DNA of 64,000 nucleotides from an uncultured bacterium (GCA_938014885.1 CALLQI010000022.1:121679-185678), one strand, 5' to 3'; shown: positions 1-10,700, numbered from the stretch's first letter. The notes: generated by a model not told the origin, from the sequence alone. Numbers and translations are program-made.

Positions 1-432
1 TGCGCGCGTTCAGCTTCTCGTTCAGGTCGCGCACGAAGTCGCGGAAGTCCACGCGGTCTTCGCTGCTGAAGTAGACAATCGTCTTATCGCCGGCGAGCAG
101 CGTCTCGGTCAACTCGTAGCGCATCGGCAGCCGGTGCTTGGCCACCAGTTCACGGAATGCGCGCTTGATGTGCCGGTAATCAGCACCACGTGCCTGCCGG
201 AACTTTTCGGAATCTTCGCTGGTGCAGCGGCGCAACACTTCGCCGGCGACGCTGTCGCGGGGGCCGAGGTTGGGGTCGCCGGGCAACGTCTTCACCTGGC
301 CGACTTCAGTGCCGCGACGGGTGCGCAGCACGACGACGTCATTCACCTTGAGTGTCAGGTCCTTGGGGACCTTGAAGTACTCATGGGTGCGCAAAGCCGA
401 GTATCGTGCGAGGACCAGTGCCATGAAGATGT
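1..432 (-). CDS. PSP1 C-terminal domain protein (RicT-like), partial; start codon at 432, 3' end beyond the window
   Basis: Minus-strand translation from ATG (complement 430-432): MALVLARYSALRTHEYFKVPKDLTLKV...TIVYFSSEDRVDFRDFVRDLNEKL. Matches the PSP1-domain signature (rvDFReLvrdL). Not in the ORF track because it runs off the window. Confidence 0.55.
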
Positions 433-571
433 GGACAATTCCTGTCTGCGATTTCCAAGCCTAGAACCATACGCGGTTTGCATCGAAGGCACAAGCGCCG
501 GAAGGGGGTGACGCCTCGCACTATGCCTTCTATACTCTTTCGCTCACGTTTCCGGACTACAGAACCCCGCC

Positions 572-2521
572 ATGCAGAAATGCCCCGCTTGCGCCACCGA
601 GAATCCTGACAAGGCCAAGTTCTGCATTAATTGCGGCGCTGCCCTGTCCGACAGCGCGCCGGGATCAGCCAAGACACCCGACGCCCCCGATGAAATCGGC
701 CGCGTCATCCCCGGCGACGACCTCGTGTTCGAAGCTGAGGCCGTCAGCTACGACCCCGGCACCCTCGTCGCCGAACGTTATCAGGTCGAGCGCGAACTGG
801 GCCGCGGCGGCATGGGCACCGTGCTGCTGTGCCGCGACAAGTTCCAGGAAGATGAATTCTGCTGCCTGAAGGTGATCAACCCGCAGCTGATCGACAACGA
901 AGAACTGGTTGAACGCTTCAAAAGTGAAGGGCGCATCGCCCGCAAGATCCGCCATGCCGCGATCATCGCGACCCACGACATCTTCGAGTGGAAGGGTCGC
1001 TGGCACATCAGCATGGAGTTTTTCCCGGGCATCGTGCTGCGCAAGGTCATCAACGACGCGGACAGCACCGGCCAGGCCGTGCCGCTGAACGACGCCGTGA
1101 CCATGATCGACAAGATTCTGGACGGCCTTACGGCGGCGCACGAAGTGACCGTCCACCGCGACCTGAAGCCCGAAAACCTGATGCTGAAGGGCCAGCCCGG
1201 CACGCCCGATTTCGCGGTGAAGATCCTGGATTTCGGCATCGCCAAGAACTTCGAAGTCAGCAACGCGACCATGGCCGAGGTCGCCATGGGCACCACCGGC
1301 TACATGGCACCGGAGCAAGCGCGCGACGCCGCCAACGTGGACAAGCGCGCCGACCTGTACGCGATTACCGTGATTTTCTACGAGCTGCTGACTGGCCTGC
1401 TGCCCGTCGGCAACTACGAACACCCGACCGCGCTGCGGCCTGACCTGCCGGCCTGGGTTGACGCCTTTGTTGACAAGGGCCTGAAGTCGCGCCCCGACTC
1501 GCGCTACAGCAGCGCCGAAGAAATGCGCCGCGCGCTGCTTACCGGCGGCCTGACTGACCCCAAGTCTGCGCCCATCCACACCGGCGAAATCCACACCAGC
1601 CCGCTGGTGGACGAAAAGAAGGCCGAGGAAAAGGAAGGCCGCTGGCTGCGCGTGAAGCTCATGGACAGTCGCCAGGGCCTGGTGCACGCCGTGGCCTACG
1701 CACCCGACGGCACCTGCTTTGCCAGCGCCGGTGAAGACAACACGATCAAGATCTGGGACGCCAAACGCCTGAAAGTCACCGCTGAATTGCGCGGCCACAC
1801 GGCATGGGTGAAATCGCTGCACTTCAGCCCGGACTCGCGCCTGCTGGCCAGCGGCAGCGGCGACACCAAAGTCCGCCTGTGGGACACCCGCACCTGGCGT
1901 GAGGCTGCCGTCATCGAAGGCCATGAAACACCGGTAATCGGCGTGCGCTTCAGCCCCGATGGCCACTTCCTGGCAAGCTCCGGTGCGGACCAGACGGCCG
2001 TGCTGTGGGACGTCAGCAACTTTGAGCCCGTGCGCGACGTGCACGGCGGTGGCATCGCAGCGCTGAGTTTCAGCCCCGACGGCCTGCTTCTGGCCAGCGG
2101 CACACTGAACCAGAGTGTCGTGGTGTGGGACATGATGACCGGCGACGTGCTGGTTGAGTTGAAGGGGCACCGCGGCACGATCACGAGCCTGAGCTTCAGC
2201 CCCGACGGCCGCTTTTTGCTGACGGGCAGCGACGACACAACCATCCGCGTGTACGAGATACCGGGGTTTGAACGCACGCTCAAGATCCGCGACCACAGCA
2301 GCCTGGTGTGGTCGATCGCCTTCAGCCAGGACTCGCGGATCATGGCCAGCGCCGGCGAAGACCGCATCCTGGTGCTGCGCCGCCTGCCGGACTGGGACGA
2401 AATCGCCACCTTTGCCGACCACCCCAAAGGCGTCAGCGGCGTGGCATTTGCACCCGACGGCCGACAGATGGTCAGCGCCGGGCGCGAGGGCGGCATCGCG
2501 GTCTACTCATTACAGGTCTGA
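572..2521 (+). CDS. Ser/Thr protein kinase with N-terminal zinc-ribbon and C-terminal WD40 beta-propeller
   Basis: CPACATEN..CINCG zinc ribbon; Hanks kinase motifs HRDLKPENL, DFGIAK, GTTGYMAPE; at least 7 WD40 repeats (GEDNTIKIWD, GSGDTKVRLWD, GADQTAVLWD, ...). Confidence 0.9.
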   Translation: MQKCPACATENPDKAKFCINCGAALSDSAPGSAKTPDAPDEIGRVIPGDDLVFEAEAVSYDPGTLVAERYQVERELGRGGMGTVLLCRDKFQEDEFCCLKVINPQLIDNEELVERFKSEGRIARKIRHAAIIATHDIFEWKGRWHISMEFFPGIVLRKVINDADSTGQAVPLNDAVTMIDKILDGLTAAHEVTVHRDLKPENLMLKGQPGTPDFAVKILDFGIAKNFEVSNATMAEVAMGTTGYMAPEQARDAANVDKRADLYAITVIFYELLTGLLPVGNYEHPTALRPDLPAWVDAFVDKGLKSRPDSRYSSAEEMRRALLTGGLTDPKSAPIHTGEIHTSPLVDEKKAEEKEGRWLRVKLMDSRQGLVHAVAYAPDGTCFASAGEDNTIKIWDAKRLKVTAELRGHTAWVKSLHFSPDSRLLASGSGDTKVRLWDTRTWREAAVIEGHETPVIGVRFSPDGHFLASSGADQTAVLWDVSNFEPVRDVHGGGIAALSFSPDGLLLASGTLNQSVVVWDMMTGDVLVELKGHRGTITSLSFSPDGRFLLTGSDDTTIRVYEIPGFERTLKIRDHSSLVWSIAFSQDSRIMASAGEDRILVLRRLPDWDEIATFADHPKGVSGVAFAPDGRQMVSAGREGGIAVYSLQV

Positions 2522-2674
2522 TTGGCCGCGAATGCGCTTGCGGCGCGGGTTTTGGGCGTTACAAAGGCATCTCGGTATTGGAGTCGGCTGAAAGGCGGGG
2601 GCGTGCTACCTTCCCGCAACGAAGCAATCCGCAGAGATGGCGGCCAGGCTTCGAGGGTTTGACAGGAGCCACAC

Positions 2675-3220
2675 ATGGAAACCGCACTCATCATCATCGG
2701 CACAGTCTCAACCGCGCTGTTTGCCGTTCGCCTGATCATGATGTTCATCGGCGTGGACGGCCACGACGGCGACGTGATGCACGCGCCCGAAAGCGCCAGC
2801 GCCGCCGACGTCGCGGACTTCAAGATCTTCACCCTGCTGACCGGTATCGTGACGCTGATGGTCGGCAGCTGGACCGCCCTGCTGTTCGACAGCCTGCAAT
2901 GGCCGATCTGGATCAGCCTGGGCGCCGGCTACGCGATCGGCTTCGCGGCCGCGCTGGCCACCGGCTACGCGCTGTTCAGCATGCGCCGGCTCGAAAGCGA
3001 CGGCACGATCCGCGACTTTGAAGCCTCGGGTCTGAAGGGCACCTGCTACGTCTCAATTCCTGAGGCCGGGCAGGGCAAGGGCCAGGTGCAGATTACGGTG
3101 CAGGGCAGGCTGCGCACCTTTGACGCGGTAAGTGACGGGCCGGCCATCGAAAGCTTCAAGCCGATCGTGGTGATGAGCCGGATTGACAACAACACGCTGC
3201 GGGTCTGCCAGACCGAGTAG
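2675..3220 (+). CDS. NfeD-like membrane protein (YuaF/YqiJ type), N-terminal TM helices plus C-terminal OB-fold
   Basis: Hydrophobic N-terminal half and beta-rich C-terminal QVQITVQGRLRTFDAVS; sits directly upstream of flotillin genes, the conserved NfeD-SPFH arrangement; TTGACA and AGGAG ahead of the ATG. Confidence 0.65.
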   Translation: METALIIIGTVSTALFAVRLIMMFIGVDGHDGDVMHAPESASAADVADFKIFTLLTGIVTLMVGSWTALLFDSLQWPIWISLGAGYAIGFAAALATGYALFSMRRLESDGTIRDFEASGLKGTCYVSIPEAGQGKGQVQITVQGRLRTFDAVSDGPAIESFKPIVVMSRIDNNTLRVCQTE

Positions 3221-3243
3221 CGAAGTACGGGCAGGAGAAGCCA

Positions 3244-3813
3244 GTGCTGGCCAGCCAGGACCCGGTCGTCACATTGATCGTCCTTGCGTCGATCCTGCTG
3301 GGGCTGATGTTGAGCACAGGGGTCATGCTGGCCCTGCGTTTCAAGCGCTGCCCGCCGGACAGCCTGCTGGTGGTGTTCGGGCAGGGAGTACCGGACGGAT
3401 TGAAGGTGGTGTCATCGGGCGGAACGCTGGTGTGGCCGTTGATCCAGGACTGCGCGCTGCTATCGCTGAAACCTGTGCCGGTGTCGCTGACCATGGATGG
3501 GCTGTTCTCGCGCAGCAACGAGCGCGTTGATGTAAAAGCTGACGTGCTGGTGGCAATCGGTACGGATCCGGTCCGGACAAAGAACGCGGCAGAAAGGCTG
3601 CTGGGGTACGACGAACGGCTGATTGAAGAAGTTGCCCGGGACTTGCTGATCGGCAACCTGCGCATGGTTGTCGCGACGCTCGAAGTGCCGCAGATGAAGG
3701 CAGATCAAGAGGCGTTCAGCAGCAAGGCGATTCAGGAAGCCGAACCAGAGTTGCAGAAGGTCGGGCTGGAGATCATCAGCTACAAGTTTGAGCGGGTGTA
3801 CCAAAAGCCATAG
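3244..3813 (+). CDS. short SPFH/band-7 (flotillin-like) protein lacking the coiled-coil tail
   Basis: N-terminal TM anchor then SPFH core (KRCPPDSLLVVFGQG..LVWPLIQD..AAERLLG) about 45% identical by eye to the N-terminus of the downstream flotillin; GTG start. Confidence 0.65.
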   Translation: MLASQDPVVTLIVLASILLGLMLSTGVMLALRFKRCPPDSLLVVFGQGVPDGLKVVSSGGTLVWPLIQDCALLSLKPVPVSLTMDGLFSRSNERVDVKADVLVAIGTDPVRTKNAAERLLGYDERLIEEVARDLLIGNLRMVVATLEVPQMKADQEAFSSKAIQEAEPELQKVGLEIISYKFERVYQKP

Positions 3814-3878
3814 CCGCAGGACTCATCAAGCTTCACGACGGAACTCAATCAGGCAGAAAGCAAAAAAGGAGCGGGCCT

Positions 3879-5447
3879 ATGTTCTTGGGTGTCGACACAG
3901 TCACGGTAATCATCGTGCTGTCGCTGATTTTCATCGGCATTTTCATCTTCCTGGTGATGTTCCTGGCCCAGCGCTACAAGCGCTGCCCCAGTAACAAGAT
4001 CCTGGTGGTTTACGGTAAGGGCGTCGGCGGCGGTACGGCAAAGACGATCCACGGTGGCGCGGCGCTGGTGTGGCCGCTGATCCAGGATTACGCCTACCTA
4101 AGCCTTGAGCCGATCACGGTCGAAATCGACCTGCGCGCGGCCCTGAGCAAGAAGAACATCCGCGTCAACGTGCCCGCCAGCTTCACCATCGGTATCGGCA
4201 CCACGCCTGAGCTGATGTCCAACGCCGCCGAACGTCTGCTGGGGCTAGATGACCGCGGCATCCACGGCCAGGCCCAGGACATCATCATGGGTCAGCTGCG
4301 ACTCGTGGTGGCGACCCTGGCGATCGAAGAAATCAACCAGGACCGTGAAAAGTTCCTTAAGCTGGTGAACGAAAACGTCGCCACGGAAATGAACAAGATC
4401 GGCCTGGAAGTGATCAACGTGAACATCCGCGACATCACGGATGAAAGCGGATACATCGAGGCCATCGGTAAGCGCGCCGCCAGCGAAGCCATCAACCAGG
4501 CGCGCGTCGAAGTGGCCGAGCAGGAAAAGATCGGTGCCACGGGTGAAGCCCGCGAAAGCCGCGAACGCGTCATCAACGTCGCCGCTGAACAGGCCGCAGC
4601 CACCGAAGGTAAGAAGAAGGCCGAACGCGACCAGCGTATCGCCGTCGCCCGCCTTGAAGCGGAAGGTCGCGCGGCAGAAGCTACCGCCAGCAGGCAGCAG
4701 GAAGTGGCCGTGGCCCGCGAAGCAGCCGAAACCGACAAGGGCCGCAAAGAAGCGGAAATGCAACGACGCGTCGCGCTGGCCGACTTCGAAAGCAAGGCCA
4801 TCGAGGGCGAAAACACCAGCAAGGCCGAAATTGCCACCCGCAACGCGACCCTGGCCGAAGCCGAAGCCGAGGCCCGCCGCCGCGCCGAAGTGGCCCGCGC
4901 CGAAGCCCAGCGCCAGGTGTTCGAGAAGGAACGCGAACTCGAAAACGCGCGCATGGAAAAGGAAATCATCGTCCACGAAGAAATCGCACGCAAGCGCGTC
5001 GAGATCGAAGCCGCAGCGCACGCCGAACAGCGCCGCATCGAAGCCCGAGGCGAAGCAGACGCCATCCTGGCCAAGTACGAGGCCGAAGCCGAAGGTATCC
5101 GCAAGGTGCTTGAAGCCAAGGCGCAGGGCTATACCGCGTTGGTCAAGGCCTGTGCGGAACGCCCGGACATCGCCCCGACCCTGCTGTTGATCGAAAAGAT
5201 GCCGGAACTGGTGGCCGAACAGGTCAAGGCCATCCAGAACCTCAAGATCGACAAGATCACGGTGTGGGACGGTGGCAACGGCGGCGGAAATGGCAACGGC
5301 AAGAGTGGTGCCGCCGGCTTCCTCAGCAGCCTGATCGGTGCCCTCCCCCCGGTGCATGAGCTGGCGCAGCAGGCCGGTGTCGAGCTGCCGGGCTACCTCG
5401 GCAAGCTGGGCAAGAACGAAAAGGACGGCCTGAACCCCAAGGCCTAG
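3879..5447 (+). CDS. flotillin (FloT/YqiK family SPFH protein)
   Basis: TM anchor, SPFH domain (KRCPSNKILVVYGKG..ALVWPLIQD), long Ala/Glu-rich coiled-coil (EAEARRRAEVARAEAQRQ) and Gly-rich C-terminus. Confidence 0.85.
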   Translation: MFLGVDTVTVIIVLSLIFIGIFIFLVMFLAQRYKRCPSNKILVVYGKGVGGGTAKTIHGGAALVWPLIQDYAYLSLEPITVEIDLRAALSKKNIRVNVPASFTIGIGTTPELMSNAAERLLGLDDRGIHGQAQDIIMGQLRLVVATLAIEEINQDREKFLKLVNENVATEMNKIGLEVINVNIRDITDESGYIEAIGKRAASEAINQARVEVAEQEKIGATGEARESRERVINVAAEQAAATEGKKKAERDQRIAVARLEAEGRAAEATASRQQEVAVAREAAETDKGRKEAEMQRRVALADFESKAIEGENTSKAEIATRNATLAEAEAEARRRAEVARAEAQRQVFEKERELENARMEKEIIVHEEIARKRVEIEAAAHAEQRRIEARGEADAILAKYEAEAEGIRKVLEAKAQGYTALVKACAERPDIAPTLLLIEKMPELVAEQVKAIQNLKIDKITVWDGGNGGGNGNGKSGAAGFLSSLIGALPPVHELAQQAGVELPGYLGKLGKNEKDGLNPKA

Positions 5448-5464
5448 TCATACCCGCAAAATCA

Positions 5465-5510
5465 CCCGGCAGGCCTGGTCGAAAGACCAAGCCTGCCGGG
5501 TTCGCTTTTA
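5465..5510. terminator. bidirectional rho-independent terminator between convergent genes
   Basis: Hairpin cccggcaggc-N16-gcctgccggg followed by ttcgctttta; lies between flotillin stop (5447) and the minus-strand gene end (5522). Confidence 0.55.
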
Positions 5511-5521
5511 AAGCGCACATG

Positions 5522-7570
5522 CTACTTCCGCCGACGGCGCAGCATCGGCAGCAGCAGGCCCAGCAGCATGATTCCGCCGGCGCTGCTTCCGGCCACGCAA
5601 CCGCCGCCGCCTTCGCCGCCGCCGCTGTCGTCGTCGTTGCCCCCACCGCCGCTGCCGGCTACGTTGCCGCTGACGGTGAACGCGTAGGGCATCGCCGTGG
5701 GATCATCGCTGGCGATCACCACCTGGAATGACCACGCCGCCTGCGACTGCGGCACCACGCTGAAAGTGAAGTCGCTGGTCGCACCCTGCGCGATCTGTGT
5801 GGCCGGCGTCTGCGTCAGCACCACGTTGCAGTTGCTAAGCGCGTTGGCCTGCACCACCGGCGTGCCCGGCAGGTTCAGCGGCACCGGGCTGGTGTTGGTG
5901 ATGGTCCAGGTGTACGAAGCGCCGCTCATGGAGATCGACGGGACATCGTCGGTGCTGCCCTTGTCGATTACCACTGTGCCGCGCCGCACGAGCATGGCCG
6001 GGTCGGTGTAGTCGCGGGCCACGAACACGTCAAAGGCACCATTCAGGTCGTTGGCGACAATGTTGTGCGCCTTGCTGTCGAACAACATGACGCTGCCGTC
6101 GAGATTCAGCGCCACGTTCAGGCTTTCGTTGTTGGCGGCGATGTTGGGTGCGGCCGCACTGGCAAGCTGCATCGCGCCTGTTGCGCGGGTGTACTTGAAG
6201 GCGTCGGCCTTGGTGTTCCAGTCGGTCATCGGGCTGATCAGGTTGTTGGCCAGTGAGGTGAAGGCGATGACTTCACCGGCGGCGCTGATCACGGGCAGGT
6301 TGCATTCGCCGCTGCCGGCGGTGCCGGGCGTGCTGCCCATGTCGCTGACCAGTGTGATGGCCCCCGTGCTGCGTTCGATCAAGTACACGTCGTAGAAACC
6401 GTTGGCGTCGGTGGCCCCGGGCACCAGGTCGGTGTCAGGGATGATCGCGGCGATCCAGTTGCCGTCTTCGCTGATCACGCCGTCGGCTGAGCCAAACCCG
6501 GTCTGCAGCATCGCGCTGTTCGGCGTGGTGCTGCTGGGCGTCAGCAGCTGCATGCTTGAGCTGGCGCGACGGTACAGGAACAGGTCGTTCTTGGTGTTGG
6601 TGTCGGTGATGCCGGGGACAAGGTCCGTGGCGCGCGATGAAATCAATACGAACGCGCCGTCGGCGCTGATGCTCTTGACCCAGGTGTTGCCGTCGCTCGT
6701 GATGGCGCCCGCGCTGCTGCGGCTCATCAGGATCGTTTCACCGCTCGCGACCGAATACAGGAACGAGTCGTACAGGTTGTTGGCGTCCGCGATGCCGTCC
6801 ACCAGGTCGGTCGCGATTGAGTCGTAGGCCACCCACAGCCCGTTCTTGCTGATCACCGCGTTGCCCGAGTTGCCGTTGGCAGCATTGGCCGCGGCGCCGC
6901 TGGCATGGCTTACCAGCGTGTTGCCGGTGGTGACGCGGTTGTACAGGTACACGTCGCCGGCGCTGTTGGTGTCGGTCAGGTTGACCACAAGGTTCGTTGA
7001 GGAAGTGACGTACACGACGTAGCCGCCGTCGGCGCTGATCACCGGGTCAATGCTGCCGCCGTTGCCGGTAGTGACGTCCGAAGCGGCGACGTGGCTGACC
7101 AGTGAAATCGTGCCGCTGGCAACCTCATACAGGAAGATGTCTGAGGTGCTGGGGTAATCCACCTGCCCGGTGACGAGGTTGTTGGCAGTGCTCTGGAACA
7201 CCACCCACGCGCCGTCGGCGCTTATGTTCGCGCGGCTGCTGGTACCGGCCGCTGTGACGTAGGCACTGGCGGCTGAGCGCGAAATCAAGGTCGTGGTGCC
7301 GGTCTGGCGATCGTGCAGAAACACGTCGTTGGCGCCGTTGTTGTCGGTCACGAAGTTCACCAGCGTCGTGGCCGTGCTCTCGAACACCAGATAGCGGCCG
7401 TCATCGCTGACCTTCCGCGCGCCCTTCTGCGTCGTGGCCTGCAGCATGCTGGGGCCGTTGGCAGCCATGTCCTGCGCGTGGTGGCGCGTTGGCGAACTTA
7501 CCTGCAAGGCCTGCGCGGCCAGTGTGCAGGGAAACAGGATCAGGCAGGCGATCAGGGCGGGGCGGGGCAT
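5522..7570 (-). CDS. secreted repeat protein (about 11 PD40/TolB-like beta-propeller-type repeats) with MYXO-CTERM/PEP-CTERM-like C-terminal sorting signal
   Basis: Signal peptide MPRPALIACLILFPCTLAAQA (start taken at internal Met); recurring motif NLV..xTDxNxxxDVFLYxxxxGxxxLVS; C-terminus GGGGNDDDSGGGEGGGGCVAGSSAGGIMLLGLLLPMLRRRRK. Confidence 0.7.
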   Translation of the reverse strand: MPRPALIACLILFPCTLAAQALQVSSPTRHHAQDMAANGPSMLQATTQKGARKVSDDGRYLVFESTATTLVNFVTDNNGANDVFLHDRQTGTTTLISRSAASAYVTAAGTSSRANISADGAWVVFQSTANNLVTGQVDYPSTSDIFLYEVASGTISLVSHVAASDVTTGNGGSIDPVISADGGYVVYVTSSTNLVVNLTDTNSAGDVYLYNRVTTGNTLVSHASGAAANAANGNSGNAVISKNGLWVAYDSIATDLVDGIADANNLYDSFLYSVASGETILMSRSSAGAITSDGNTWVKSISADGAFVLISSRATDLVPGITDTNTKNDLFLYRRASSSMQLLTPSSTTPNSAMLQTGFGSADGVISEDGNWIAAIIPDTDLVPGATDANGFYDVYLIERSTGAITLVSDMGSTPGTAGSGECNLPVISAAGEVIAFTSLANNLISPMTDWNTKADAFKYTRATGAMQLASAAAPNIAANNESLNVALNLDGSVMLFDSKAHNIVANDLNGAFDVFVARDYTDPAMLVRRGTVVIDKGSTDDVPSISMSGASYTWTITNTSPVPLNLPGTPVVQANALSNCNVVLTQTPATQIAQGATSDFTFSVVPQSQAAWSFQVVIASDDPTAMPYAFTVSGNVAGSGGGGNDDDSGGGEGGGGCVAGSSAGGIMLLGLLLPMLRRRRK

Positions 7571-7725
7571 TGTGTCTCCTTTGGGTGGTGGTGCCGCGCT
7601 CATTGATACCGCGCACACCTGCCGGCGCGAAGCATCGCTGACAGGTAGCTATGCAACCCGGAGAGACAATTTTCGCTTATGCGTATACGCAACAGGCGGC
7701 AATCGGCGCTTATTGCGAAGTCGCG

Positions 7726-10700
7726 CTATGGGCGACGCTTGCGCGGGGCCACGCCACGCGGGCGCCGCTGCGAAGACTCTTTGCCCGGCAGCTTTGGTTT
7801 GGCGTGCGGGCCTGACACCGGCTTGCCCGGCGCGGCCTTGGCAAGGGCCGGGCTACTGAGTTTGCGGGGGGCAGGTGCGGGCACAGTCGCCGGTGCCGGC
7901 ACGGTCGCCGGGGCCGGGGGCGGCGCGGCCACGATCGACGGGGCACTGGGCGGGCGTTTGGGCACCATCACGCCCGTCGGCGCGGTGGGCTTTGCAACCG
8001 GCGTAAAACCCGTGCGCGGGAACGGTACTTTGGGGCGCGCGGGGTCTGAGGCCTTTTCCAGTTTCACGCGCTTGCGCCGGCCCGAACGCGGCAGGTTGGG
8101 CTCAAGCTCTTCCAGCAGGTCGTCGGCCTCATCTTCAAGTTTGCGGCTGAGGTCATTGCCCAGCTCATGCAGCGAGGCCTTGGCCATTTCGATGATCTTG
8201 CGGGCTTCGTCTTTCTGGCCGACTTCGATCAGTGCTTTCGCGAGGCCGAGTTCCGACTCGGCCATCGGTTCAAAGCCATTGGCGCGGCGACCGGCGCAGC
8301 CGGTGCGCAGCAGGTCGATCCCCTTCAGGATGTCGCGGCGGTTGCGGGCTTCGCGGCCTTTCTCGATCCACGCGTTGCCGAGATTGCCCTGCACAACACT
8401 GACCGTGCGCAAATCCTTCACTTCCAAGCTCAGCTTCAGGGCATTCTCCAGTGCTTCAATGGCCGGGCCCGCGCGCTTCAGCTGCAACAGCATCGCTGCC
8501 ACGTTGCTTTCGGATATGGCCTCGGTCTGCTTTGAGCCCAGGTCGCGCGACAGTTCGCGGGCGCGCATGGCCACGCGAAGGGCCTCTTCGTCGCGATCCT
8601 GTTCGTGGTAGATGCGGGTCAGCGTGTTCAGGTGCTGCGCTTCCAGGTTGGTTGCGCCGACTTCGCGGGCTACACGCATCGCGCGCAGCAGGCTGGCTTC
8701 ACTGACCTGCTTGTCGCCCAGAAGGTGCGCGTTCAGGCCGATGCAGGCAAGCGCCTGGCTTTCAATTTGGTGATCGGCGTCTTCTTGCGCCAGCTTCAGC
8801 GCCTGCTGGTGATGCTCAAGCGCCTCGGCGTGCCGCCCGCCGCGCTGCAGGAACCAGCCCATCGAGTAATGCGCCTGCGAAAGTGTCGCGATGTCGCCCG
8901 ACTCCCGCGCATACCGCAGCGCCAGCTGGAAGTGTTCCATCGCTTCGGCCTTGTCACCGCCGGTGGCGATGTACGTGCCCAAGCGGTCGTGGCCGCGCGA
9001 AAGCAGCGTCGGCGAAAGCCCCTTGATCGCAAGCGCCTGCAGGGCCCGTTCGCGCGCGCGCTCGACGTTGCCGCTTTTGCTGTACCCGTAGCTCATGATC
9101 AGCAGCTTGCGGTACAGCGCAATGCCGTCGCACTTAATGCCCTCCAGCATCTCCAGCACGGACTCGGTCGAGGTGAAGATGCGCAGGGTGCCGTCGATGA
9201 TGTGCACCCACACCCACTCTTCGCTGCCTTCTTGAATGCCCGCCAGCGAGCGTCGCACCAGCTCAAGCGCCAGGTCTTTCTCGCCCAGGCTGTTCTGCAC
9301 GGGCGCCGCGATGACGGCCGCCCAGGCGCGCCATTCGGGCCGGTGTGTACGCCGCGCCACCTGCAGCAGGCCCTGCATTTCAAGCCGTGTGCGCCTGCGG
9401 CCTTCCAGTGAGCCCTCACGGGTGTTCTTCCACCACCACTTGCGCACGTACTCGATCAGCGACTTTTCAAACAGCTGCTCGGTCGGTTCCATCGCGCCCA
9501 TCGATTGCAGCCTCGCCAGCGCGAACAGGCGCACGGACTCATACAGCCGGAAGCGCCGCTCGCCCTCCAGCTCTGTCAGCCGGTCAAACGTGATCAGATT
9601 GTGCCGCAGCAGCGCGCGCACCAGTTCTTCGGGGCTGGCACCGGGCAGCACCTTCAGCATCAGCTCAGCAACATCAAGCTGGAAGCCGTCGGGGAACACG
9701 GACAGCATCATCAGCGCCCGCTGCTCGGTGTCATCCAGCAGCTCGAAACTCCAAGCCAGCGTGCCTTCAAGCGTGTCGCGTGAGGCCGCGCCGTCACGCT
9801 TCAGCAGCTCAAAACGCTGGTCCAGCTTTTCCAGTATCTGGCGCGGCGACATCACGGCCACGCGGGCAGCCGCCAGCTCAATCGCCTGCGGGATGCCATC
9901 CAGACGCGCCACGATGGCGGCAATGTCGCGGACATTGCCGCCATCGACGCGGAACGACGGGTCGTTCTCCTGCGCGCGCTGCGTGAACAGCGCGACACTG
10001 GGCAGCGACATCAGCTCGGCACTGGGGCGCTTTTCGCCTTCGCGCGGGGTGTCCAGCGGCTTCAGCACCACGCTGGTTTCACCGGGAAACTCAAGCGCAA
10101 AGCGGCTGGTCAGCACCACCCGCAGCGTTTTCACCCGCGACAGCCACTCCTGCACGCAGCGGCTGACTGAGTCGGCACTGGCCTCACAGTTATCCAACAA
10201 CAGCAGCGTCGCCGAACCCGCACCCTCCAGCGCCGCCGCGATGCGCAGCCCAAGACTTGCGGTACCCTCACCCACGCGCAAAGCCTGCGCGGTCAGGTTG
10301 CATACGCTGGCCACGTCACGGGCGTTGGCGAGGTCCACATACACCATGCCGCCGGGGAAACGTTCCTGCACCTGCTCGGCAGCGGCCACGGCAACGCGAG
10401 TCTTGCCGGCGCCGGCGGGGCCCGAAACGGTGATCGCACGGGCCTGGTCCGACCGCAGCAGCGCCACCACCTGCTCCATGTCGCGGTCGCGACCCACCAA
10501 AGTCGTGTCGTAGCGCGGCAGGTTGTCTTTGGAGTCGCGGGTCTCTGCCACCAGCGGCTTAAACTTCGGCGGCGGCTGCAACACGTGCAGCGCCAACAGC
10601 GTTTCGTCGTCGGATTGCGTGGCCCCCGCGCGGAACCCGTCAACGTCCGCGCGGATGGCCTCAACCATGCCGTGCAGCGGCATGCCCTGCCTTGCGCCGA

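Noticed and set aside
134-511. Plus-strand ORFs 134..511 and 222..464 at the window start.
   Set aside because: They overlap the minus-strand PSP1-domain gene, which has a recognisable conserved C-terminal motif. No motifs are seen in the plus-strand products.
665-2422. 585-aa minus-strand ORF antisense to the kinase-WD40 gene. Similar long antisense ORFs sit at 4245..5357, 20615..21967, 22467..23537, 24288..25307, 37530..39266, 41664..43682, 44313..46550, 39354..40529.
   Set aside because: High-GC DNA yields long stop-free antisense frames. The sense-strand genes have clear domain signatures, while these translate to Ala/Arg/Gly-rich low-complexity sequence with no motifs.
2522-2560. Possible terminator after the kinase gene (ccgcgaatgcgcttgcgg..gggtttt).
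   Set aside because: The stem is imperfect and the T-run is weak. It could function but the evidence is insufficient to annotate.
7860-7925. 15-bp tandem DNA repeat (ACGGTCGCCGG(T/G)GCCGGC twice) within the STAND-1 gene tail.
   Set aside because: It simply encodes the low-complexity PAPATVPAPATV segment of the basic tail, which is ordinary slippage-prone coding sequence and not a separate element.
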